A stretch of DNA of 25,635 nucleotides from a virus. Its lineage: Duplodnaviria; Caudoviricetes. This document shows positions 8,538 to 16,465 of this stretch, piece by piece. A model generated the notes under the pieces. It searched no databases. It saw nothing but the letters and a program-made list of their open reading frames with translations, and was not told where the DNA came from. The stretch spans positions 1 through 25,635 of IMG/VR virus record IMGVR_UViG_3300033067_001989, one strand, 5' to 3'. A program made the position numbers and the translations under genes. Within the stretch, counting starts at the first letter, position 1; the number at the start of each line of letters is the position of its first letter.

Positions 8538-8600
8538 ACCCCGCACCCCAACAAGGGCATGTTGACAAGATGGGTGCGATTGGTTATCTTCACATCATCA
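8538..8600 (+). promoter_or_regulatory. Sigma70-type promoter cassette copy 2 with palindromic operator
   Basis: TTGACA (8562-8567), 17-nt spacer, TATCTT (8585-8590); same ACCCCGCACCCCAACA...TGTTGACAAG...TTGGTTATCTT...CATCATCA frame as copy 1. Confidence 0.75.
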
Positions 8601-8640
8601 GCGAGCGACACGGAGCCGCCGCTGAGACAAGGAGCAGACC

Positions 8641-8823
8641 ATGAACGCCAAGACCTCGACCAAGCGCCCGAACGTGATGGAGGGCCCCGCCCACTACGCC
8701 CTCCGGGCGGGCCCGGAGACCTGGTGCATCTTCCGGCACGACAAGGTGCGGGCCTGGAACACCGGGGTGGAGTTCAGCAGCAAGGAGGCCGCAGACGCCC
8801 ACCTGGCCAGGGTCAACAGGTAG
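8641..8823 (+). CDS. Small hypothetical protein (60 aa)
   Basis: AAGGAG RBS, downstream of promoter cassette 2. C-terminal FSSKEAADAHL motif is common in small phage proteins. Confidence 0.65.
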   Translation: MNAKTSTKRPNVMEGPAHYALRAGPETWCIFRHDKVRAWNTGVEFSSKEAADAHLARVNR

Positions 8824-8962
8824 AGGCCGGGCCCTCCGGGGCCCCTCCCTCTGGGGGCGGGCCTCGAGGCTGCAGAGCAACACCAGGGCGAGCGCCAGGG
8901 CGCCGCCAGCTCCGAGTTCAACCGAGGCCTCTGCTCACTCCGGGCAGAGGCCTCGGGTCGTC

Positions 8963-9547
8963 TCAGGCGCTGGGTGGGCCTGGTGGACTCCAGCTCGGAC
9001 AGCACGCCCGGAGGCCGTCGGCGTAGGTGGCCAGGCTGGCGTCCCTGAGCGCGTGGAAGGCTGGCCAGTCGGCGAAGCCCAGCGCCTTCAACGTCGCCTC
9101 CCCGATGCTCCAGGCGTCGACCTCTTCGCTGTAGATGGCCGAGGCTCCGGCATGGTCCAGGGGAACAGAAACAGGAAGCCCGTCGCGGTGGTCGGTGGCC
9201 TTCTTGGTGAGCCTGTTCAGCTCCAAGGTGTGCGCGGTGGGGTCGCCGGAGTCCTGGGCCAGTCGGTCATGCCCGAGCTCATGCGCCAGGTTCAAGGCCT
9301 CCCGGAGTGGGTCGGCCAGGTCGAAGAACCTCGGGCTGACCTCGAGACTGCTCTCGTCAAAGGCGACCTCAAGACCTCCCACGGGGCGCAAGACGAGGAT
9401 CAGGCGGGTCGGGTCGCCGTGGTCGTCCAGGGCGCAGTACCTGGCCTCTTCTCCGGGCTCGAGGGTTCCCGCCAGTTCGGTGCGGATGCGGACACCCTGG
9501 GCCGCGATGTGCTCCACCACCCTGCGGTGGAGGTCTGCTGGCGTCAT
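8963..9547 (-). CDS. HExxH zinc metallopeptidase-like protein, ImmA/IrrE-like (194 aa)
   Basis: LAHELGH motif with downstream EEVDAW; coupled to the upstream gene by ATGA overlap. Confidence 0.7.
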   Translation of the reverse strand: MTPADLHRRVVEHIAAQGVRIRTELAGTLEPGEEARYCALDDHGDPTRLILVLRPVGGLEVAFDESSLEVSPRFFDLADPLREALNLAHELGHDRLAQDSGDPTAHTLELNRLTKKATDHRDGLPVSVPLDHAGASAIYSEEVDAWSIGEATLKALGFADWPAFHALRDASLATYADGLRACCPSWSPPGPPSA

Positions 9548-9939
9548 CCCTGCCCGGCTCCCTTCACCACCCGGAGGGACGGGCGCCGCTGCTGGGGCTT
9601 GCTCCAGTCGCGGTCAAGGAGGCCCGGGTTGGCCACCAACTCAGCCCGCACCCGGTCGAGCTGGGCCAGGGCTTCCTCGAGGCTGAGCCCGGCCTGGGCG
9701 TAGACCGTCACTCCAGCCACCGGCTCCAGGCACCAACGCCGCTTGGCAGCCACAGCCCACCCGTCGGCGCCCGTCTTGCTGTCGGCCAGGAGTTCCTCGA
9801 CGACCTCGGCCGGCACCGAGGCCCCGAAGGCGTTGCCCATCGGCGAGGCGGTGATCTCGACCTGCTGGCTGGGTTGGACGATGCGCTCTCGGAGCTGCTC
9901 CAGGAGCTCGTCCACCGTGGGGCGCTTGTGGTCGGTCAT
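9544..9939 (-). CDS. Hypothetical protein (131 aa, MTDHKRPTV...)
   Basis: ATGA-coupled to both neighbours in a minus-strand operon. Confidence 0.6.
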   Translation of the reverse strand: MTDHKRPTVDELLEQLRERIVQPSQQVEITASPMGNAFGASVPAEVVEELLADSKTGADGWAVAAKRRWCLEPVAGVTVYAQAGLSLEEALAQLDRVRAELVANPGLLDRDWSKPQQRRPSLRVVKGAGQG

Positions 9940-10562
9940 AGGTCGTCCTTGATCTTCCGGGGCTGGGGCGTCTTGGCCTTCAGCATCGCCTCGTACTTCG
10001 GCCAACCCTCCTTGGAGTGGTAGTCCAGGGCGAGGCCAACGTGCCCGGCCTCCATGCCCGCTAGGTCGAGGGTGATGGTGGTCTGCGGCGTCTCCCAGGT
10101 GTGGGTGATCGCCAGCTTGCCGAAGGCGGCGCAGGCAGCCACCTTGCCCTTCTGGCACTTCGCCCCTTCGTGCCTGGTCTTGGGCTTGCCCCACTTCTCG
10201 GAGGCTCCGCTCAGGAGGTCGTCGTACGTCCCCTCGAACTGTTCGAAGCCAGATTGAGTGCCGTCCCAGAGCGAGATGCCGACAAGGCGGGACTCGAAAA
10301 AGAACAGCTTGATTGGGAAGACGTGTTCGCCGATGTGGACAGGCGCCGTCGGTGCTGCCACTCCACTGCCTGAGTTCCAGTCCTGCCCCAGGATGGCCTC
10401 CTTGGTGGAGGCATCGAACTTCAGCGCATCCAACGCTTCCTCAACGGTCATCCCCCAGCGAGTCGCCTGGAAGCCCTCGCGCTTGTCGGCTTCGGGCCTG
10501 GGTGCTCCGGCGTCTGGTGGAGCTGCAAGCAACGAGAGGGAGAGGAGCAGAGCGGTCAGCAT
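9936..10562 (-). CDS. Exported hypothetical protein with signal peptide (208 aa)
   Basis: Hydrophobic N-terminus LLLSLSLLAA; GFQATRWGMT...L..KWGKP pattern seen in secreted alpha/beta proteins. Confidence 0.7.
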   Translation of the reverse strand: MLTALLLSLSLLAAPPDAGAPRPEADKREGFQATRWGMTVEEALDALKFDASTKEAILGQDWNSGSGVAAPTAPVHIGEHVFPIKLFFFESRLVGISLWDGTQSGFEQFEGTYDDLLSGASEKWGKPKTRHEGAKCQKGKVAACAAFGKLAITHTWETPQTTITLDLAGMEAGHVGLALDYHSKEGWPKYEAMLKAKTPQPRKIKDDL

Positions 10563-10600
10563 TGGGTCTCCTGGTGAAGGCTCCGACGCTACACCGGCGC

Positions 10601-10810
10601 TCAGGCTTCCTTGGACAGGGCACGCTGGGCGGCCTTCAGCCCCACTTCGCGCAGCCAGGTGGACACGTCCTCATTTTTGAGCTGGGACGCTTCCTTGAGC
10701 GTCTCCAATTCCTTCGGCATCAAGCGAACCTGGAGGACCACCGAACGCTTCTCGGCGTCCGGTTTGGGAGTCGGTCCGCGCTTCTTCGGGTGACCCTTTG
10801 GTGTTGCCAT
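10601..10810 (-). CDS. Ribbon-helix-helix transcriptional regulator (69 aa, MATPKGHP...)
   Basis: RGPTPKP...KRSVVLQVRLMPKELETLKEASQLKNEDVSTWLREV fits an RHH (DUF1778/MobC-like) pattern; first gene of the leftward operon. Confidence 0.7.
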   Translation of the reverse strand: MATPKGHPKKRGPTPKPDAEKRSVVLQVRLMPKELETLKEASQLKNEDVSTWLREVGLKAAQRALSKEA

Positions 10811-10845
10811 GGTCGGCAACCTACCTCGCCTGCATTTGCCCATCA

Positions 10846-10892
10846 AACTTTGTACGTACACGCCTTGAACTCTGTACGTACAGTGATATAAT
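10846..10892 (+). promoter_or_regulatory. Divergent control region: two TGTACGTACA palindromes and a rightward promoter
   Basis: Palindromes at 10851-10860 and 10873-10882, each preceded by AACT(T/C). TTGAAC (10865-10870), 16-nt spacer, extended -10 TGnTATAAT (10884-10892). Confidence 0.75.
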
Positions 10893-10983
10893 GCGCCTCG
10901 CTTCAAAAAGCGAAGCCGCGACCGATTCGCAGTCGGTCGCGGCTTCTTGGCAGCGCACCCTGAGTAAGCAGAGGCACAACCCG

Positions 10984-11964
10984 ATGAACACGAAAAACCT
11001 AACCGGCACCCCCGTCAAGCGGAGGGTGGAGGGCTCCAATTGCCCTTCCGAGGCATCCCAGCGACAGAACCAGCCCCCCTCTGGGGGGACCGACCCGGAG
11101 AGCCTGGCCGAAGACCTCGAGCTTGTGCAGCTCGTTGGCGCCACGGTGGCCGAGGAAGCCGAGCTCGAGGCGAAGGTGGCCAGCGTCAGCGCCGACCTGG
11201 GAAGGCCTGGCGTCGACCTCCAGGCGCTCGCTGTGGAACTGGGCAAGCTCCAGCTCCAGCTTGGCCAGGTGAAGGGCTGGCTCGCCGCCAACCTCGTTGC
11301 CTTCTGGGCGGTGGCGCTCGACCTGGTGCGCGGTGAGTTCTGGCCGCTCGTTCGTGTCCTGCATGCTGGCGAGTCGGCCGGCATCGCTGAGCTTGTCGGG
11401 GCGCTGGAGAAGAACTGGGGCCTGAGCCCTGGCTTCGTCGACCTCCGGGCCGCAGTCGCCGAGCGGGAGCGCCTGGACGCCCAGAGCCCTGCACAGACCT
11501 TCGACGCCGAGGCCCAGCGCCTGGCGGAGCGAGCCGAGAGCCCGGGCTTCGTCGAGGCCGCGGCCGACCTGGAGGCCGACGTCGAGGCCCTCGACCTGAG
11601 CAAGCTGACCCCGGAGCACCTCGAGGCCATGCGGCGGTTGTACGTCGTCGCTGGGCTGGCCAGCGCGAACCTGGGCGCCATGGAGCGCGCCTACCAGCGA
11701 GCCAAGGCTGCCCGGGCCAAGCTCGCACGGCTTGAGGCGGAGACTGCCGAGGCCCGTCAGGAGCTGACCAGGGCGCAGGGTTGCTACTGGACGGAGCGCG
11801 CCCACGGCAGCGACCACGGCCAGCACCTCACCAAGCTCGTTGACCAACTCCGAGGCAGTCCGGCCTACCGGTTCCAGGAGGTGCTCCCCGTTGGACCCTG
11901 GGCCAACCTGGACGAGTTGCTGGAGCAGCTCGGCGACTGCGCCGACACCACAGAGGCCCCGTAG
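10984..11964 (+). CDS. Coiled-coil/helical hypothetical protein (about 326 aa; start uncertain)
   Basis: Ala/Glu/Leu-rich ORF, first gene after the rightward promoter. Confidence 0.65.
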   Translation: MNTKNLTGTPVKRRVEGSNCPSEASQRQNQPPSGGTDPESLAEDLELVQLVGATVAEEAELEAKVASVSADLGRPGVDLQALAVELGKLQLQLGQVKGWLAANLVAFWAVALDLVRGEFWPLVRVLHAGESAGIAELVGALEKNWGLSPGFVDLRAAVAERERLDAQSPAQTFDAEAQRLAERAESPGFVEAAADLEADVEALDLSKLTPEHLEAMRRLYVVAGLASANLGAMERAYQRAKAARAKLARLEAETAEARQELTRAQGCYWTERAHGSDHGQHLTKLVDQLRGSPAYRFQEVLPVGPWANLDELLEQLGDCADTTEAP

Positions 11965-12027
11965 CTGCTGAAGCCCAGCGCCATCCTGGGGTGGCGCTGG
12001 GCTTCTACGAAAGGAGCGAGGCCCACC

Positions 12028-12249
12028 ATGCAGACAGCAGACCTGATTCACGGTGGCCTGACCCTGCGGGAGGCGCGGCTCGTTGCTGAGCGCCTGGGCG
12101 CTGAGGTTGAGGCTGTGCGACGACACGGGGAGCTGAGGTTCCGCTCGCCAGGCTGCCCGCCATGCACCGTGAATGCCCGACTGCGACACCGGGTCAGCCC
12201 TCGCCTTGTGGTGTGGCTGCGCCGCCTCCAGGAGCGCAAGGCCGGGTGA
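12028..12249 (+). CDS. Small basic protein, weakly HicA-like (73 aa)
   Basis: AAAGGAG RBS. Helix-LG-strand-G-strand-strand-helix pattern, but the canonical G-S-H motif is not clear. Confidence 0.5.
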   Translation: MQTADLIHGGLTLREARLVAERLGAEVEAVRRHGELRFRSPGCPPCTVNARLRHRVSPRLVVWLRRLQERKAG

Positions 12250-12473
12250 CCGTCGGCAAGCTCAGCGTTCGTCACGACGCAAGCAGCAAACTCCCGCACT
12301 CCGTCGCTCGTGCCGCTACGGGTGTCTTTGGGGCGCTATTGCGGACTTCGCGCTACAGCGATCAGGCCGTTTTCTGGACGCTCCATGACTCGGCCCCATG
12401 CTCTGAACGCCTGTGCAGGCAATGCAGAAAACAGGGCGATTGGGGGCCTAGACACGCCGCAGTAGCGCCTTGA

Positions 12474-12562
12474 ACGGTCGCCCCCATCAAAAGGTTAGTT
12501 GACGCTCGTTGACGGTCGCCTACCTCGGGGTCTGGCGGGACAGTCTCGGAGTGACGGTCGCC
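12474..12562 (+). repeat. Short direct repeats (G)ACGGTCGCC
   Basis: Copies at 12474, 12511 and 12553, a degenerate copy at 12501, and one more at 12981; all intergenic or near-intergenic. Confidence 0.65.
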
Positions 12563-12647
12563 TATCTTGGGCCCCCATGGGACCGTTTCAGGGGTTGTTG
12601 ATGGACTGGCCGTGCCGCCATTGGCCAGACCAGACAGAGGAGCACGA

Positions 12648-12887
12648 ATGTCGAGCAAACCAGAGATCGAGTTGAGTTCGGGGACGCAGCGCAGGATCGC
12701 CGCGCTCGCCGGATGCGACGTGCGGAGCGTCAAGAAGGCGCTTGAGCATGGGCGAATCCGGGGCACAACGGGCTACCGCATCCGCGACGTCCTGCAGCGT
12801 GAAGGGCTCACCAAGGAGGCGGCGGCGCTCAACGAGCTGCTGGCCCACCCGAAGCCGAAGCCAGAGCCCGAGACCTCGGCCGACTGA
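12648..12887 (+). CDS. HTH DNA-binding protein (79 aa, MSSKPEIE...)
   Basis: GAGGAG RBS; TQRRIAALAGCDVRSVKKAL is a clear HTH. Confidence 0.7.
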   Translation: MSSKPEIELSSGTQRRIAALAGCDVRSVKKALEHGRIRGTTGYRIRDVLQREGLTKEAAALNELLAHPKPKPEPETSAD

Positions 12888-13126
12888 ACCGTAGGCAGAG
12901 ACACCAGGACGGGCGGGCATCCCCGCCAAGAGACTCCCGCCCGCCCTGGTCAACCTGCGCAGTGGGCATTCACCCGCCACGACGGTCGCCCACGTCCTAC
13001 CCCGTCGAGGCCAAACCAGCCAGAAATGGCCAGGAGGCTTGCATGTTCGCAAGCCAGGGACGCCCCATGCCTGGGCGTCAGGAGAGAGGTTGTCGGCGAG
13101 CAAACGCCAGACAGCCCAGATTCAGG

Positions 13127-13459
13127 ATGCGGAAAAGAAGAGTGGCGCCCCCGGGAGAGAGGCGCCACTCAGGCGAAGCAACAAAGCTGACCCGAAATTT
13201 AGCGCCTCCACCCACCAAGCCGCAACAGCTTGAGTTGGCCCTCTGGGCGCCCTCGGCACCAAAACCCACCCAGTCGACGACGTGCCCCCATGCCCTCGAG
13301 TTGCTGCGGCGAGCGCCCGGGCGGAGCTCTGCCGTGCGGCGCTGTGCCTGCTGTGGCGAGCGCCTGGGATGGCTCGGGGTCTCCCAGCTCTCCCAGGCCG
13401 GGGTTGAGCTCGGTGCCTTGCTTCTCGACGTCGCCCCTCCCTCCAGGAGGCCGCGATGA
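13127..13459 (+). CDS. Hypothetical protein with possible Zn ribbon (110 aa; start uncertain)
   Basis: CPH...CACCG motif; stop overlaps the ATG of the primase-like gene. Confidence 0.5.
   Translation: MRKRRVAPPGERRHSGEATKLTRNLAPPPTKPQQLELALWAPSAPKPTQSTTCPHALELLRRAPGRSSAVRRCACCGERLGWLGVSQLSQAGVELGALLLDVAPPSRRPR
13133..13170 (-). terminator. Antisense-oriented terminator-like hairpin
   Basis: 10-bp stem GAGTGGCGCC / GGCGCCACTC; the minus strand reads hairpin then TTCTTTT. Confidence 0.5.
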
Positions 13460-14454
13460 AGCGCGACCCCCAGGCAGCGCCAGCCCCCTCAGAGATCGAG
13501 TCACTCAAGGCGCGGCTCGACCACGCCCTGAGACCTCAGCCCCCACGCCCACCCCGGACCTTCCTCGACCTCTCTGCCGAGGCCGAAGGCGACGCAGTTC
13601 AGGACCAACCCACGGCGCCGAACAGCGCCCAGGAGCACCACATGAACGCATCCGTTTGCCCGTCGGCCCCCTGCCGACTCGGGCCCGAGACACAACCGGC
13701 CACCTTCGATTTCGACGGCGGACGAGAACACATCGCCAAGGGCCTGCGGGTCTACCCGGGTGGTGATTGGTGGTGCCCGCGATGTGGCGCGCTGGGCAAC
13801 GCTGCAGACCTTGCCGACCCTCAGCGCCTGCACAGGTTCGACCCTGCACGACCCGTCGACCTGGTGCCAAAGGCGGATCTCCAGGTGTGGAACTCGGCCC
13901 ACTCGGTGGCAGACCACCCAGAGCCGGCCGTGCTCAAGTTTCTCCTGGCGCTCTCGGTCGACCACAGGACGATCGATGCAGACACCGCCCGGTGGATTGG
14001 GCCATGGGCCGCGCTTCCGCGTGAGTACGTCACTCCGGCGGGTGTGAGCTGGGCCCATGCGGGCGTCCGCTTGCTTCTGCCAGCCTGCGATCTCCATGGG
14101 CGCATTCGCAGCCTGCTGGGGCTGCGCCTCGACCCTGGGGCCCTCCCATCTCTTCTGCCTGCTGGTGCCAACGGCCAGTCCTTCGTTGTTGCGTGCGGCC
14201 GGATGCGCGGTCTCTTGAGCGGCGCCGCGAAACAACCGGCAGAGGTGGTGCTGGCGAACGGACCGCTTGGCCTCCTGGCTTACCTGGCGAAGTGCGGCGA
14301 TGGTGAGCGTCTGCCCGTCATCGCCCCGGCAATCGCGTCGAACCTCGACCCGGAGAGCCTGGTGGAGCAGTGGGAGCGGAGGCTGGCCCTGCGCTTCGCC
14401 AGGGGCGCCATCAAGATCGCGGCCCTGAGCCTGTCCGACCGGGAGGACGCATGA
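13456..14454 (+). CDS. Primase-like protein: Zn-binding region plus degenerate core (332 aa)
   Basis: H...WWCPRCGALGNAADL resembles a primase zinc-binding domain; RLLLPACDLHGRIRSLLGLRL resembles the DnaG core. Located before DUF3987. Confidence 0.6.
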   Translation: MKRDPQAAPAPSEIESLKARLDHALRPQPPRPPRTFLDLSAEAEGDAVQDQPTAPNSAQEHHMNASVCPSAPCRLGPETQPATFDFDGGREHIAKGLRVYPGGDWWCPRCGALGNAADLADPQRLHRFDPARPVDLVPKADLQVWNSAHSVADHPEPAVLKFLLALSVDHRTIDADTARWIGPWAALPREYVTPAGVSWAHAGVRLLLPACDLHGRIRSLLGLRLDPGALPSLLPAGANGQSFVVACGRMRGLLSGAAKQPAEVVLANGPLGLLAYLAKCGDGERLPVIAPAIASNLDPESLVEQWERRLALRFARGAIKIAALSLSDREDA

Positions 14455-16118
14455 GCCGCGCCCCGAGAAACCGGGTCATCCCGCTCGTCCCTCGCAAGGT
14501 GGAGAGTCCGGCCCCGGTCCCTCTCCGCTCGCCTGGGCAGCTCCCCAAGGTGCCCGACCTCGAGCGCCTGTTCCCCGCCCGTCTCGCCACCTGGGCACAG
14601 GCAACGGCAGCCGCCATCGGTGTGCCCGTCGACATGACGCTGAACCTGTTGCTGGGTGTCCTGTCGGCTGCTGTCGCTGGCAAGGCCGAGGTGAGACCCT
14701 GGGGCGATTGGTCGGAACCCCTGAATTTGTATTTGGCGATTGCGGCCGAGCCCGGCGAGCGCAAGACGGCCGCCTTCAGCGCCGCCACGCGCCCGCTCGT
14801 TGAGTACGAGCGCAGGCTGAGGGCCGAGGCTCACCCGGTCATCCTCGCCGCTGAGGAGCGCCAGAAGGCCCTCGCCGAGCGCCTGGGCCACCTGCGGAAG
14901 CAGTACGGGAAGGCCACCGACGCAGCCGAGCGCCAGCGCCTCGAGACGGAGCTGGCGCAGGTGCGACTTGAGGCAGACGAGGCCCAGGTGCCGCCCAGCC
15001 CCTCGCTGTGGACCAACAACGCCACCCCGGAGGCCCTGACGGCGCTGCTTGGCACGTTCGGGCGCATGGGCGTGCTCACTGACGAGGGCTCCACCGTTTA
15101 CGACAACCTCAGCCGCTACAGCTCCAACGGGACCGCCAACCTGTCCCCCTGGCTCGAGGCCTTCGACGGCTCGCCCATCCGCGTGCATCGCAAGAAGGCC
15201 GCTGCAGAGGAGTGCAAGGGCCTGCTGACAGCCGCCATCGCGCTTCAGCCGGAGGTGCTGCGGAGCCTCAGCGGCAACAGCCGGATGGAGGGGCTGGGGT
15301 TCATTCAGCGCTGGTTGTTTGTGCTGCCCCAGAGCCTCCGGGGCTCCCGGCTCATCCGAACCGAGCCCGTCCCGGAGCACGTCACCAGCCACTACCGCGC
15401 CACCATCGAGGCCCTACTGGCGGTCCCCATCGAGGCCCAGCCCCGGAGGCTGTACCTGGCCGACGATGCGGCCCAGGCGTTCGAGCTCTACGCGAGCGAA
15501 CTGGAGGCGGCCCAGCAGGTGGGCGGGGTCTACCGCCAGGGCGTTCTCGCTGGCTGGGGCTCCAAGCACGCGGGCAAGGTGCTGCGCCTCGCTGGCGTCC
15601 TCCACATGACCCGCAACGCCTTCAGCCCGGAGGCCATGACGGGGCCCATCTCGCTGGAGACGATGGCCGGGGCGATCTCGCTGGGCCGCTACTTCGAAGC
15701 CCACGCCCGCGCCGCCTTCGACGCGATGGCGGAGACGGAGGCCGAGCGCGACGCCCGGGAGCTGCTGGAGTACGTCGACGGGCGCAAGCTCGAGCGCTTC
15801 ACCAGCCACGACATCCTCAACGTCCGCAGGTGGCGCGACCCTCAGCGCCGCACCCGCGCCCTGGCCCTCCTGGCCGAGCTCGGCCAGGTCGTCAGAGAGC
15901 CCGGGCGGACTGGCGGCGAGGCGTACCGCAGGGTTGCGGCAAGTGCTGGCGGAGTGGGAAGTGCTGGCACAAGTGCTGGCACTGGCTGCCAGCACTTAGA
16001 ACGGCCGCCAGTGGGCCATAGCGCCCCGAATAAGCCAGAATCGCCCGAAGTGCTGGCACTCGTGGCAGGGGAAGGGGAAGGAGAGGACGAACAGGCCCTG
16101 ACGGGGGGTGTCCAGTGA
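14451..16118 (+). CDS. DUF3987/YfjI family replication ATPase/helicase-like protein (555 aa)
   Basis: EPLNLYLAIAAEPGERKT, NATPEAL, LTDEG, LQPEVL, GFIQRWLF and K...VLRLAGVLH are hallmark motifs; GGAGG RBS and ATGA coupling. Confidence 0.85.
   Translation: MSRAPRNRVIPLVPRKVESPAPVPLRSPGQLPKVPDLERLFPARLATWAQATAAAIGVPVDMTLNLLLGVLSAAVAGKAEVRPWGDWSEPLNLYLAIAAEPGERKTAAFSAATRPLVEYERRLRAEAHPVILAAEERQKALAERLGHLRKQYGKATDAAERQRLETELAQVRLEADEAQVPPSPSLWTNNATPEALTALLGTFGRMGVLTDEGSTVYDNLSRYSSNGTANLSPWLEAFDGSPIRVHRKKAAAEECKGLLTAAIALQPEVLRSLSGNSRMEGLGFIQRWLFVLPQSLRGSRLIRTEPVPEHVTSHYRATIEALLAVPIEAQPRRLYLADDAAQAFELYASELEAAQQVGGVYRQGVLAGWGSKHAGKVLRLAGVLHMTRNAFSPEAMTGPISLETMAGAISLGRYFEAHARAAFDAMAETEAERDARELLEYVDGRKLERFTSHDILNVRRWRDPQRRTRALALLAELGQVVREPGRTGGEAYRRVAASAGGVGSAGTSAGTGCQHLERPPVGHSAPNKPESPEVLALVAGEGEGEDEQALTGGVQ
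15941..16059. repeat. Iteron cluster 1 (AAGTGCTGGC) in the 3' end of the DUF3987 gene
   Basis: Copies at 15941, 15959, 15971 and 16048, with an inverted copy GCCAGCACTT at 15988-15997. Confidence 0.75.
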
Positions 16119-16465
16119 GCGCCCTGAACTTGTGGCTCTGCCGGGCGTGCGTGGCCGATGGGGAGGTGTACCGGGAGCCCAATCACGGCAGCACTTGCGG
16201 ACGGTGCGGCCTGACGGCCATCGTCCCGTCCCAGGTGGCGCCAGTGGCCCGGGCGAGTGCGGACCCCGAAGCGCTGTGGAAGGTGCCCCAGGTGGCGACC
16301 TATCTGGGGATGAGCGCCTCCTGGGTGAAGCAGGCGAGCGCTGAAGGGCTGCTCCCCACGGTCCGGGTGGGGCGCTCCCTGCGATACAGGCCGGAGCGCA
16401 TCCGGGCGGTCCTGGACAGTGGGCTGCCCAGCATCCGCTCCAGCCGGAAGAGGAGGAGCCACTGA
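16115..16465 (+). CDS. xis: Excisionase-like HTH_17 protein with N-terminal Zn ribbon (116 aa)
   Basis: CRAC...CGRC, then LWKVPQVATYLGMSASWV...GLLPTVRVGRSLRYRPERI; coupled to the integrase by TGATG. Confidence 0.75.
   Translation: MSALNLWLCRACVADGEVYREPNHGSTCGRCGLTAIVPSQVAPVARASADPEALWKVPQVATYLGMSASWVKQASAEGLLPTVRVGRSLRYRPERIRAVLDSGLPSIRSSRKRRSH

Noticed and set aside
12028-12249. HicAB toxin-antitoxin pair
   Set aside because: HicA resemblance is weak and no adjacent HicB-like gene is recognisable.
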